A DNA stretch of 64,000 nucleotides, taken from positions 81,299 through 145,298 of the forward strand of contig RQSC01000026.1 in assembly GCA_013416795.1 (NCBI GenBank). Reading direction: 5' to 3'. The position numbers were made by a program, and so were the translations under genes. A model generated the notes under the pieces. It did not search any database and was not told the DNA's origin. It saw only the letters and a program-made list of their open reading frames with translations. Numbering within the stretch: position 1 is the stretch's first letter; each line of letters begins with the position of its first letter. Positions 20,279 through 32,405 of this stretch are shown here, in pieces. The stretch is from Prasinococcaceae sp. CCMP 1430 (lineage: Eukaryota; Plantae; Prasinodermophyta).

Positions 20279-21742
20279 TCACAGGATGCCCGAGTTCTTC
20301 AGCAGCTGCTCGGCGCACTGCACGGCGTTGAGCGCAGCACCCTTGCGAATCTGGTCGCCGCAGACGAAGAGGTCCAGGCCCTTGTTGCCCGGCTGCGAGA
20401 TGTCCTGCCTCACGCGGCCGACGCACACGTTGTCCTTGCCCGACACGTCCAGCGGGGTGGGGAAGGAGTTGTTGGCGCGGTCGTTGATGATGGAGACGCC
20501 CTCGGCATTCTCGAGGAGCTTCATGGCGTCGTCCTCGGAGAGCTCACCCTTCAGCTGCAGGTTGATGGACTCGGCGTGCGCGCGCATGACCGGCACGCGG
20601 ATGCACGTGCCCGACACCATGACGTCCGGCTCCGACCAGATCTTGCGCGTCTCGTTGACGAGCTTCATCTCCTCCTCGTTGTAGCCGTTAGGCCCAACGT
20701 CGGAGTTGTGCGAGAAGAGGTTGAACGCGTACTGGCGCGGGAAAATGTCGCACGTGGGCTCCTCGCCCGCGAGCACCTCGCGCGTCTGCTGCTCGAGCTC
20801 GGCCATCGCCGCCGCGCCCGCGCCCGAAGCGGCCTGGTAGGTGCTCACCACCATGCGCTCGACGCCAACGGCCTTGTGGATGGGGGTGACGGCCATCAGG
20901 CAGATGATGGTGGAGCAGTTGGGGTTGGCGATGATGCCACCAGAGCCGACCTTCATGTGCGCCATCGCCTCCGGGTTGACCTCGGGCACCACCAGCGGCA
21001 CGCCCTCAGTCATGCGGAACGCGGACGAGTTGTCCACGACGGTGCACCCGTTCTCGGCCGCCTTGGGCCCGAACTTCTTGGACACGCCGCCGCCCGCCGA
21101 GAACAGGGCGATGTCGACGCCCTCGAGTGCCTCGTCGGTGAGCTCCTCCACGGTGTACTCCACGCCCTCGAAGGTGTACTTGGAGCCGGCCGAGCGGCTG
21201 GAGCCGAGCATCTGGGGGGCCGCAAGGGGACGCGCGGCCGCATGTCAGTCGGTGGGTGTCGCCGCGAGCCCGTCGATGCGCGCGCGCGCGATGGAAGCGC
21301 CGCGCTGAGCCGCGCCATCCCCAGGCTTGCGCGTCCGCCCACGCTCGCGCTCGCTGCGCGCGCAGGCGCCCACTGGGCCCGCCCGCCCCCTCGCCAGCCG
21401 TGCGCATCCGCTCTCCGCGCGCACCTTGAGCTTGCCGTAGGGGAACTCGCGCTCGGCGAGCACTTCGAGGAACTCCTGGCCGACGGCGCCGGACACGCCC
21501 GCGATCGCGAGCGTCGGCGCGCCCTCCACGAGCTTCGCGCTCGCTCGCGCACGGCGCGGCCCGCGGCCGCTACCGCGCCGCGCCGCCTCCGCCTCCCCTC
21601 CCCCCCTTCCCCCTCCGCGCACGCTCGCCCCGCACACGCGCGCGCGCGCGCAGCCGCCGCTCGCCGGCCAGATTGCGCCGCGCTCACTTGCGGCCACACA
21701 AGCGCGCACAACCCCCCAAAAACCGGAGCAAAAAGCTTTCAT
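20279..21742 (-). CDS. ASD: Aspartate-semialdehyde dehydrogenase (probably plastid); intron 21424-21212; start codon uncertain
   Basis: AIAGVSGAVGQE; VDNSSAFRM; IIANPNCST; STYQAASGAG; GDQIRKGAALNAVQ. Confidence 0.95.
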
Positions 21743-22347
21743 ATCCACATCGGCGGAGTGAAAAGGGCCGTTTTCGTTGGCATCGATCGATGGGTGGCAC
21801 TGTACTCCTCTCGATCGAGACACGCCAGGCGAGGCGAGGCACCCCGGAAAAACCGAAAGCCCGGGTGATCGATCGATGCATGACAAGCAAGGGGCCAATC
21901 AATTCGTCGTTTCCGGCCAGATTCCCCCGGGTTTTGCGGGGCATGCCCCGGTCTCGTCCGTCCGGAGCGGGGATCGATCAGGATCAGCCTGTCCGGCTCT
22001 GCCCTGGCTGCGGCGCGCGGGCGCGTGTGGCGCGCGCGCGCCCCGCCCCAGTCCAGTCAGACGCTCGGTCGGCGAAAGCCCACCCTCATCAGTCATGCTT
22101 GGTTGGACAGTGCGAATCGACGCAATGCATCGCGATGTGCAGCCTGTTCACGAGCGCCTCCGCGCGGCGCGCGCGGCGGACGAAGGGGTACCGGCGACGA
22201 TTGGGCTGCCAGCCCAACGAACAGGCGCGCGTGGCGCCGGCACGCTCGCCGGCGCGAGCGCGAGCGCGGGGGGCGGCCAGAGGGCGGCACAAGGCGGACT
22301 GCCGGCGCGATTGCGCCACGCCCGGCCGCCGCGCGGCGAGGACGACG

Positions 22348-23248
22348 ATGCGCGCCCCCTCGCCGCGCCCGCGGACCCCTCTGCCGGTCGCAGAATTGCC
22401 GCTTAGTCCGCGTGCCGACGGCGCGCCGCGCACGCCGCCCCCAGTCCCCCACGATCCTGGCCCCACGGCGGAACCGCAGGGCTGGATGTGGAAGCGAGGC
22501 AGCCTCACCGGGCGCTGGGTGCGCCGCTGGTACTACCTGCGCAGCGGGCGGCTCTTTTCCATGCGCCATCCGGCCGAGGAGGGAGGAGGGCACGCTGTGT
22601 CCTCCAAACCGCTCAAGTACGTGGTCGCAGAGAAGGTGGGTGCCGGCACGTTCGCCAGAGCGAGGGAGCGGGAAGTGGGCGGAAGGCCGTCTGCCGCTGA
22701 GAGCCGCTCGGCCTCTGGGCCAAGGCTGACATTCGCGCGCGCGTTGCCGGCGCGTTTTCGCTCTGCAGCCTGTGCATGGCCCCGACTCGTCGAAGCGCGT
22801 CGATAGCAACCCCAGCGCGGACGGCGCCTCCGGTGATGGCGCAGACAGGGCCTACCCGCTGTTTCTACACTTCGGCACGTATGCCCCCAAGGAGGTGCGC
22901 CTGTACGCGGAGACGCATGATGCACGCAATGCCTGGCTCAGGGCACTGGCTCTATCCCTCTCGTTACCAGTTGACGCTGCCGTCGTGGCGGCAAGCGGGG
23001 GCGCCGGTGATCGCGAAGACAACGATTGCGATCAGCGCGACACTGCGCCCGGCGGGGCCAGCGATGGTTTCTCCGCGGCGCCAGTGCGCGGTGCGCCGCT
23101 TGAGTGCGTGGCCGCGCCGCGCCGTTTCTCGGAGGGCGCCGTGATGGTACGCCCATCGCGACGCACACGCGCGCGAAGTGCCCCCCCGAAGCCGGCGCAT
23201 CCTGCCGACAGCGCGGCGCCATTCTCCTGGACGTCGTATCACGGCTAA
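22348..23248 (+). CDS. PH-domain protein, exons 22348-22635 and 22769-23248
   Basis: GWMWKRGSLTGRWVRRWYYL...LYAETHDARNAWLRAL; in-phase intron with CTGAC. Confidence 0.8.
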
Positions 23249-23529
23249 GGACAGCGCCGCCCTCGCGCGCCCTCCAGATCCCCCGCCCCCTCCCCCACGC
23301 GACACCAACCACACAAAAGAAGGAGCAACGCTCCGATCCGCTGCCCAGATATCCACAAACTTCGTGTTACGACGGGAGGTAGGGCCGCTAATCTCGGCAG
23401 ACCTCCCAGCAGACATCGCAGCTCAAGTTTCTTCGCGCAACGACAACGATCGTGCGCACGACCACACGTGCCGCAATTTAGATGATACACACATGTACAG
23501 ACACAACACGTAACACAACTCGATCGGCC

Positions 23530-25060
23530 TCAGTTGTACGCCACGCCTCCCGCACCGAAGCTGCCGCCAGCCGGCGGCCCCGCGCCCGGGGCGCCGCCGT
23601 ACCCACTGCGCGGCAGGTTCACGCGCTCGTCATCGAGCACCTGCAGATCCGGCGCCAGCAAACGCACGTACTTGTCGAAGTACAGGATCTGCTTCACGAG
23701 CAGGCCGAACTCCCTGGGCAGCTTCAGGCCGTACCCATCAGACACGCGCACAATCTCCAGCAGCAACCTGTTGACCTGCGCCTCATCAAACGACACAGAA
23801 GCGGCGGCGGTCGCTCCCGCACCACCCGGGCCCGCCCCCGCCCCCGGCGGACTCTCCACGAGCACCACGTCGAGCGATGCGTCGAGCGCCTCAGCTTGCG
23901 CGAAGACCTCCTTGAGGTCCCTGGCGAACGCCTCGATGTCGACCTGCGTGTCCGTGGCGCCCATCTGCACAAGAGCGCGCGCGGTCGTGTCGTAGTCGCC
24001 CGCCGGAAGGGCCAGCAGCAGCGCTTCCACCGCGCCCCAGATCACGGGCGGCACGCGCCCCACGATGCCGAAATCGATGAAAGCCACCCTGCCGTCCCTC
24101 AGCGCGAGCAGGTTGCCGGCGTGCACGTCCGCGTGGAACGACTCCGCGCCGAGCACGCTCGCGAACCACGTGTTGAGCGCATTGATGAGCGTGGCCTCGG
24201 GGTTGGGCACGTACCCCTCGAGCGCATCCAGGTCGGTGAGCGAGACGCCGTCGATGAACTCGGTGGTGAGCACGCGCGTCGATGTCGCGTTCTTGAAGAC
24301 GACTGGCACCTTGGCGACCGAGCCCAGCCCGGTGGTGTCGAGGAAGCGCTGGAATTCCTCGATGTTGCGGGCCTCCTTGTTTAGGTCGACCTCCTCGAGC
24401 ATGGACTCACGGATGTCGCTCACCACGGCGCTCAGCGACGTGCGCGCGAGCTCGGGTGCCAGGAACTCCAGCGTGCGCGCCGTGACGTAGATGAAGTTCA
24501 GGTCCGCCGTGAGCACGTCCTCAACGCCCGGCTTGAGCACTTTCACGGCGACGTCGCGCCCGGAGCCGCGCAGCGTCGCGCGGTGCACCTGCGCGACGCT
24601 CGCCGTCGCGAGTGGCGTGCGGTCTATGAACTCGAAGACCTCGTCCACGGGTCGCCCCAGATCCGCCACCAGCACCCTCTCGATCTCTGCCCAGGGCACG
24701 GGGGGCGCCCGATCGAGGCACTTGGCGAACTCCTCCACGTACTCCGGCGGGAAGAGGGTCGGCGAGCTCGCGATGAACTGCCCGAGCTTGACGTACGTCG
24801 CCCCCAGCCGCTCGAAGAGCCTGCGCAGCACAGACGGCGCCAGCCTGCCCAGCCCCTCCAGATCGCCCCGCGCGAGCAGCGGCTGCGCCTCGGAGAGCAC
24901 CTCGCCCGCGGTGAGCAGACCTGCGCGCGCCGCCTCGGCCCCGCGCCGCGCGCCGCGCGGCCCGGTCGCGAGCGTCACGCGCACAACCTCCTGGACGAGC
25001 TCCGGCAGGCGCTCGAGGTCGGGCCCCGTCGATCGCCCCGCCTTCGCGCCCTTCCTGCTG
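23530..25060 (-). CDS. ABC1/UbiB (ABC1K) atypical kinase; 5' exon(s) lost at the N join at 25140
   Basis: LGATYVKLGQ; PLATASVAQVHRA; VAVKV; FHADVHAGNL; IDFG. Confidence 0.93.
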
Positions 25061-25487
25061 CTGGTGAGCGAGCGCGCACACTCACACGTGCACACACACG
25101 CACACACGCACACACACACGCACGGCCTCCCCTTCCTCCNCCCGCCGGCGCCGCGGCCCCCCAGCGCGCGCGTGCGGACGCGCGCGGGCCTGCGCAGCTG
25201 CCGCCGCTCTTTTAGATTTTCTTTTCCCCTTTTCTTTTCTGCCAGAAATTCGCTCGCCGGAACGGAAACAAAAAATGCCCTGGCCTGAAGCAGCAGCCTC
25301 TCGCTCGCTACATAGCTCGCGGAGGCCCGTGGCCGGTCCGGGCGGGCGGCCGCGTCTCTCCACCGACACGCACATCCATCCCCTTCGATCGTCCGCCGTG
25401 GCGGGGAAGGACTGACTCGTCTCCTGGCTGCGGCTCGTGCCTGGCAGGGGGCCTCCGGCCGGCGGTGACCGGCCGGCTCGCTGGCAG

Positions 25488-26268
25488 CTGCCAGCCGCGC
25501 CCTGCTCAATGAGACGTTTCACGGACTTGGATACCTCGTTGAGCTTCATCTTCAGAAAAACTCCCTGGCAGGCCCACAGCCTGAGGGTGTGCTTACACCC
25601 CTTGGTAGTCTAACGACACTCAATCTCGGGGACAGTGGTTCAGGCACGCTGTGTTTCAAGAAGCTGCCACCGGGCCCGATCAAGTCCTGGATGGTGGGTG
25701 TGCAGCTGTGTAATCAGCAGCGCGCTCTGCTCGCGGTTTGCGGCCAGTGTAGATTCTATGTCAACCTTTTGGACGCTAGTGAGGGGAGACTCGAGCGCGA
25801 CCGGCCGCTGGGAGAGTGCCCGAATGGCAACTGCTGCGGCGTGGATTGCACGCGTTTGGAGCTCAACGGCAGCGATGTACGCTCGTTGCCGCAGGGCGTT
25901 CTCAGCGGGATGCGCACGTTGAAATACCTGGATCTCTCCAACAACAATCTAAGCCAGCCGGATTCGTTTGCTGGGTTCTACCAGGACTCCGATCTGGGTG
26001 GGCTAACTGAGCTCAGGCTCGCACACACTATCATTTCCGAACTGCCAGACCGACTCTTTGAGAGCATGTCCAGCTTGGCTTCGCTGGACCTGTCGCAGAA
26101 CAGCATCAGCACGCTTTCCGAAGGCCTCTTCGCGGACGTAAGTGCGACCCTCGCCGTCTTGGACCTGTCGTACAACCAGCTCAATTTCACGAAGTCGCCG
26201 TCGTTGCCGTTTGCGGATCTGCGCGTGCTCAAGTCGCTGCACCTCGGTGGAAACAGCCTTCATACGCT
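25488..26268 (+). CDS. Leucine-rich-repeat protein fragment (both ends missing)
   Basis: LxxLxLxxNxL repeats (LKYLDLSNNNL, LASLDLSQNSI, LAVLDLSYNQL); cut at N 26269. Confidence 0.8.
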
Positions 26269-26269
26269 N

Positions 26270-26670
26270 CGGCGGGAGGAGCGCTCTCCTCGGCGGCGGC
26301 GTGGGCGGCGGGCGCGCGCGCGCGCTGGGGTGGCGTGCCGTTCGCGGCGCGGGGCATCGCCGTGTCGGCGCTCAAGCCGCTCGACACGTTCGAGCGCCGC
26401 CACAACAACATCCGCCACGAGGAGGCGGAGGAGATGGCAAAGTACGTGGGCTTCGAGTCGGTGCAGGCGATGATCGACGCCACCGTGCCCGCCGCTATCC
26501 GCCGCAAGGATGGCATGCCGCTCGGCGACACCTACCACGAGGGCCTCACCGAGTCGGACGCAGTCGCGCACATCAAGAGCCTGGCGTCGGAGAACAAGGT
26601 GCTGCAGTCCTTCATCGGCATGGGCTACCACGGCACCCACTGCCCGCCGGTCATCCTGCGCAACGTGCTG

Positions 26671-26702
<32 letters not shown>

Positions 26703-29268
26703 GTACCAGGCCGAGATCGCGCAGGGCCGCCTCGAGGCGCTGCTCAACTTCCAGACCATGGTGACGGACCTCACCGCCATGCCCATGTGCAACGCGTCGC
26801 TGCTGGACGAGGCGACGGCCGCCGCCGAGGCGATGACCATGTGCTCCGCCATCGCGCGCGGCAAGAAGCCCAAGTTCTTTGTGTCGGAGCTGTGCCACCC
26901 GCAGACGATCGCCGTATGCCAGACGCGCGCCGACGGCTTGGGCCTCGAGGTCGTGGTGGGCGACCACACCACCTTCGACTATTCCGCGAACGACGTGTGC
27001 GGCATGATGCTGCAGTACCCGGCGACCGACGGCGGCGTCCTCGACTACTCCGACGCCATCGCCAAGGCGAAGAAGTCCAAAGTGCAGGTGGTGATGGCCG
27101 CCGACCTGCTGGCGCTCACCGTGCTCACCCCGCCGGGCGAGCTCGGCGCCGACATGGTCATTGGCTCCTCCCAGCGCTTTGGCGTGCCCATGGGCTACGG
27201 CGGCCCGCACGCAGCATTCCTCGCCACCACGCACAGCAACAAGCGCCTCATGCCCGGCCGCATCATCGGCGTGTCCGTCGACGCCGACGGTGAGAGGGGC
27301 CTGCGCATGGCCATGCAGACGCGCGAGCAGCACATTCGCCGCGACAAGGCCACCTCAAACATCTGCACGGCGCAGGCCCTGCTCGCGAACATCGCCGGGC
27401 TGTACGGCGTGTACCACGGACCGGAGGGCCTCAAGGAAATCGCCAACCGCTGCCACGCCATGGCCGCCGTCCTGGCGGCGGGTGCCGAGAAGCTCGGCCA
27501 CGGTGTGAGCACCAAGGAGTTCTTCGACTGCGTGACCCTCGAGGTCGGCGACGCCGACAAGGTGATGTCCGCGGCGGTGGAGCTGGGCATGAACCTGCGC
27601 AAGATGTCTGACTCGGCCGTTTCCGTGAACATGGACGAGACCACCAAGATCGAGCACCTCGATGCCCTATTCACCGCCCTCAACGGCGGCGCCGCGGCGC
27701 CGTTCACCGCCGCCGACCTCGCCCCCGGCGTTGATGCCGCGCTTCCCAAGGGCATGGAGCGCACCACGCCATTCATGGAGGACGAGATCTTCAACAAGTA
27801 CCACAACGAGCACGACATGCTGCGCTACCTGGCCAAGCTCGAGTCGCGCGACCTTTCGCTGTGCCACTCGATGATCCCGCTGGGCTCGTGCACCATGAAG
27901 CTCAACGCCACCAGCGAGATGATCCCGGTGACTTGGCCCGAGCTGGCGAACATCCACCCCTTTGTGCCACTGGATCAGGCGCAGGGCTACGCCAAGATCA
28001 TCAAGGACCTGGAGGACATGCTGTGCACCATCACGGGCTTCGACGCGCTGTCCATGCAGCCGAACTCAGGCGCCACCGGCGAGTACGCCGGCCTCATGGC
28101 CATCCGCGCCTACCACCAATCACGCGGGGACCACCACCGCGACGTGTGCATCATCCCCAAGTCGGCGCATGGCACCAACCCGGCGTCCGCGGCGATGGCG
28201 GGCATGTCCATCGTGGCGGTGGGCACCGACGACAAGGGCAACATCGACATCGACGAGCTCCGCAAGGCGGCGGAGAAGCACAAGGACAGGCTGTCTGCAC
28301 TCATGGTGACCTACCCGTCCACGCACGGCGTGTACGAGGAGGGCATCGACGAGATCTGCAACATCATCCATGAGAACGGCGGCCAGGTGTACATGGATGG
28401 TGCCAATATGAACGCGCAGGTCGGGCTGACTTCGCCTGGGCACATCGGCGCGGATGTGTGCCACCTCAACCTGCACAAGACATTCTGCATCCCGCACGGC
28501 GGAGGCGGCCCGGGCATGGGTCCCATCGGGATGAAGGCGCACCTGGCGCCCTTCATGTCCAACCACCCAGTGGTGCCTGGCGTCGGCGGCGACGCGCACG
28601 GCAGCGCCTCGTTCGGCCCGGTGGCGGCGGCGCCGTGGGGCTCGTCGATGATCCTTCCCATTTCGTACATGTACATTGCCATGATGGGCAGCGATGGCCT
28701 CAAGCGCGCGTCGGAGCTCGCCATGCTGAACGCGAACTACATGTCGAAGCGGCTGGAGGACTTCTACCCGGTCCTCTTCCGCGGCGAGAACGGTACCTGC
28801 GCGCACGAGTTCATCATCGACCTGCGGCAGCTCAAGGCGTCGGCAGAAATCGAGGCCGAGGACATCGCCAAGCGCCTCATCGACTACGGCTTTCACGCGC
28901 CCACCATGTCGTGGCCTGTGAGCGGCACGCTCATGATCGAGCCCACAGAGTCGGAGAGCAAGGACGAGCTCGACAGGTTCTGCGACGCCATGATTGCCAT
29001 CCGCGGCGAGATCAAGCTGATCGAGGAGGGCAAGCTCCCGGTGGACAACAACCCCCTGAAGAACGCGCCGCACCCGGCGAAGGTGGTCATGGGCGAGGAG
29101 TGGCCGCACCCCTACAGCCGCGAGACCGCCGCCTACCCGGCGCCATGGGTCAAGGAGAGCAAGTTCTGGCCTACCACGCGACGCGTGGACAACGTGTACG
29201 GCGATCGCAACCTCGTGGTCACGCTCAATGAGGAGAAGTCCGAGGAGAAAATCGCCGCCTTTGCGTAG
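26270..29268 (+). CDS. GLDP: Glycine dehydrogenase (glycine cleavage P protein), mitochondrial; 5' partial
   Basis: [18 protein letters not shown]; [20 protein letters not shown]; PLP motif HLNLHKTF; MIEPTESE. Confidence 0.98.
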
Positions 29269-29570
29269 GCCTAAACACGACACACACAGCAGCAGCAGCA
29301 ACGGCGGCGGCGGCGGCCCGCGGGAGCGCGATGGGCGACTGTGGCCCGCCAGCCTGCTGCTACTGTCCGCAGCAGCAGTGCGCCTCCCAATTTGCCCCCA
29401 AACGAAGTCAACCCGGGCCACGAGGCCAGCGGGCCGTTCTTTAACTATCACCACGATTCGTGCCACTCCGGACTTCCTTGAAATCCGCCAGCGACACGCA
29501 CGGTCGCAGCGCGAGCCTCTGGCGAGCTAAACGCGCGGCGTCTCCCATACAAGTTCCATTGGGCGGTGGC

Positions 29571-29999
29571 TCAGCTCTCTTTACGCTTGGGTGCGTACTT
29601 AAGGCCGTACACCGCGACAGCAAGCGCGGCCAGCTGCACGGTGAGGTTCTTCTGTGCGACCGCAGTGGTCGCCTCGCTCTTCGAGTTGTACAGGCGCACG
29701 GCCGAGGCTATCGCGTACAGAGCGCTCAACATCTGGGCCGTGCGGAGGCCCCCCTGGTGCTTGTCGGGCATGCTGATGTAATGCAGGAAGAGGAATGCGA
29801 AGGTGGCTGAGGCCGCGGCCACGATGTGCGTGAGACCGAGGAGCGCTTCACCCTCTGCAGATTCGCTGAAGTTGACCTCACGGCCGAACGCTGAGAACAG
29901 CGCCTTCGGCGCGAACGCAGCGGTGCAGGCGAGCGCCCCGTGCATCGCGCCGAGCGCTCCAAGCGCACAAGCCGACGGCGAGGACATCCACGCGCCCAT
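29571..29999 (-). CDS. Small multi-pass membrane protein (142 aa)
   Basis: About four hydrophobic segments and a basic C-terminus. Confidence 0.65.
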   Translation of the reverse strand: MGAWMSSPSACALGALGAMHGALACTAAFAPKALFSAFGREVNFSESAEGEALLGLTHIVAAASATFAFLFLHYISMPDKHQGGLRTAQMLSALYAIASAVRLYNSKSEATTAVAQKNLTVQLAALAVAVYGLKYAPKRKES

Positions 30000-30367
30000 C
30001 GCTCCTCAACGCTTGGCGCGTGGGGTGCGGAGGGGAGGCGCCCAGCCGATCCTTTTCCTCCTCAAGCAAGGAGACAGAGAGGCGCCCGCCCGCCCGCGCC
30101 TGCGAGCGCCGCGGCCCCGCGCCCCCGGCGCTCACGATGTGGCGCCCCCGCCGTCCTCCTCCGAAATCGTCCGCTGCTTGGTTGCAATGCTGCTTCTAGC
30201 CAGAGAGGACTACTGTACTCTCCTTTCAATTTGGTGCGCGAACGAGCGCGTGCGGCGCTTTTTGGCGCGCGCGAGCCCGAGCGGCGGCGCCGTCGCCGCC
30301 ATAGCGCGCGACCCCGGCAGCGGGAGGGGAGGGGGGCGAGGACGCACCTCCGAGAGCTTCGGCGGCC

Positions 30368-32353
30368 ATGAGGCTCTTTATCGCGGGCGAAGGGGGCGAA
30401 GAGCGCCTAGAGGTGGACGGGCGGTGCACGACCGTTGCGAGGCTGGCCGCGCTGGCGGGCGACGCAGTGGGGGAGCCCTCGTGCGCGCCTGCGCAGGTGC
30501 TCGTGCGCCGCGCGGTGGCGGGCAGCAGCGGGCTAGCGGGCGCGCCTGCTCGGCTGGACGCTCTGCAAGCCAGCTTTGCACTGGACGCTGCTGGGATCGC
30601 CGACGGAGATACTCTGGTCGTGCTGCCGAAGAAAAGGGGGGGGGTCGTGCGCGAGTCTCGAGACGCCGCTACGCCGGCGCGGGCGGAGGCTGGATGGGCG
30701 AGCGCTAGAGATCGGCTGCTCAATGTGGCTGCAGTGGCAACGTCGCGCCAGCCCAGGAGCGCGCGCCCCCCGGGCCCCCGCGAAATCCGCGCGGCGTGCG
30801 AGAGCGAATGCGCTGCGCGCGGCTTGCCTGCACCGGCGCCGCTTCGTGCGCCGCTCGCACAGCGCTCTCCGCTTGCGATGCGGCAGCACCTGCTTGAGGA
30901 GCGGCAGGCTCGTGCCGCGCTCGAGTCGCTGTTGAGGTTGCACGCCTCAATGAGCGGGGCCGAGGGTGGGCGAGAGGAGCATCCACAAGAGGATGAAGAA
31001 GAGGCGCAGCAGGAGGAGGAGGCTCCTCTGCCGCAGGCGAATGCGGACCTCGTTGCCAACATGGTGTCGATGGGATTCAACGAGAACGCTTCCCACCGTG
31101 CATTGCTCACTCATCGCGACAACCTTGAGCGAGCGATCGAATGGCTCTGCGAGCACACCGGCGACACGGCCTTGGAGCAGCCGATCACGGACGACGAGCG
31201 TCGTGAAATCGCCGACAGGCGGTCGGGCGGTAGACGGCGTAACGTTGGCCGAGGCGAAGGCGGCGGCGGTGGGCCTCGCATCGGGGCATTTGGAGGGCCG
31301 CAGCCTGTTGCTGACGAGGCAGATCCCGCCACGGTCAACAACCTAGCCGACATGGGATTTGCGCGCGATTCAGCGTCGAATGCCCTGCGTGCCACCGACA
31401 ACGACCCCGAGGCCGCAGTCGAGCTCATCCTTCACCACGGCGGCGTGTTTAGCGAGCACAACTTGCGCACTCTCATCCAGCGCCGCGAGCAGCGCCTGCG
31501 CGCTCAGGCGGGCAGGGCCGCCCGCGCGCAGCAGCGCTCGCAAGTCTCTGAGAGTGATCTCAGGAGGCACCTGATGGATGCCGTGGGTTTGCTCAACTCG
31601 AACAACCTCTTGGGCGCGAGCGACGGCGGCAGTGGCGGCAGCGACCGCGCCAATGACGCGCAGAGGAGCGCAGAGATTTTGGCTTCCCTGCAGAGGCTCG
31701 CTAACCCCGGAGCTGCAGCAACCGAAGCGGCTGTAGCTTCTGGGGGCGCAGTTGGCGATACTAGTGGAGATGAGCGCGATGCGGATGTCAGAAGTGGCGA
31801 TGATGGGCACGGGAATCGAACCGCCGAGGGCGATGGCCCAACAGCGCCCGGCGCCGGGGGCTCAGGCGATGCGGCGCAACAACCAGCACACGGTGACGGT
31901 GTGAACTTGACAGCGCAATTGGAGCAGATCATCCCCGCGTTCCTCCTCAGCGATCCAAGCAGCCTCAACAACGAGAACTCTTTTGAACTCATGCATGGCA
32001 TTATGGAGAGGCTTCGGGCACATACACAGCCGTGGCGCGACGACGAGGACGACGTCAGCGCAGGCAGCCATACGGATGAGGACGATCCAGACACAGGAGG
32101 CGACTACTCTGAAAGCGATGAGTCTTACTCGGCGAGCATGGGTGAATATGACTTGGCACCCGATGACTTCGAGGCAGGCCTGGGCAACGTGAACGACGGC
32201 AGCGAAGAGCTTGCGTTCCAAGCGAGCGCGATGATTGGCGCGAGCGAGCCGCCCGATGACATTGACGAGGACCAGATGGACAGTCCCGAGAGACAAGGGA
32301 GCGATCGTGTTGGCCGGGACGACTTGGACATCGATCCTGATGAAATGGATTGA
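30368..32353 (+). CDS. Ubiquitin-like plus two UBA domain protein (UBAC1/KPC2-like)
   Basis: N-terminal UBL (..GIADGDTLVVL); two UBA motifs MGFNENASHRAL and MGFARDSASNAL; acidic tail. Confidence 0.8.
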   Translation: MRLFIAGEGGEERLEVDGRCTTVARLAALAGDAVGEPSCAPAQVLVRRAVAGSSGLAGAPARLDALQASFALDAAGIADGDTLVVLPKKRGGVVRESRDAATPARAEAGWASARDRLLNVAAVATSRQPRSARPPGPREIRAACESECAARGLPAPAPLRAPLAQRSPLAMRQHLLEERQARAALESLLRLHASMSGAEGGREEHPQEDEEEAQQEEEAPLPQANADLVANMVSMGFNENASHRALLTHRDNLERAIEWLCEHTGDTALEQPITDDERREIADRRSGGRRRNVGRGEGGGGGPRIGAFGGPQPVADEADPATVNNLADMGFARDSASNALRATDNDPEAAVELILHHGGVFSEHNLRTLIQRREQRLRAQAGRAARAQQRSQVSESDLRRHLMDAVGLLNSNNLLGASDGGSGGSDRANDAQRSAEILASLQRLANPGAAATEAAVASGGAVGDTSGDERDADVRSGDDGHGNRTAEGDGPTAPGAGGSGDAAQQPAHGDGVNLTAQLEQIIPAFLLSDPSSLNNENSFELMHGIMERLRAHTQPWRDDEDDVSAGSHTDEDDPDTGGDYSESDESYSASMGEYDLAPDDFEAGLGNVNDGSEELAFQASAMIGASEPPDDIDEDQMDSPERQGSDRVGRDDLDIDPDEMD

Positions 32354-32405
32354 GAGGGCGTCGGCGTGGCCGAGCGCTCGATGGACCAGTCATTTCACCC
32401 GGTTA

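Noticed and set aside
20279-29268. Amino-acid metabolic gene cluster (ASD plus GLDP)
   Set aside because: Different pathways and compartments, with unrelated genes and assembly joins between them
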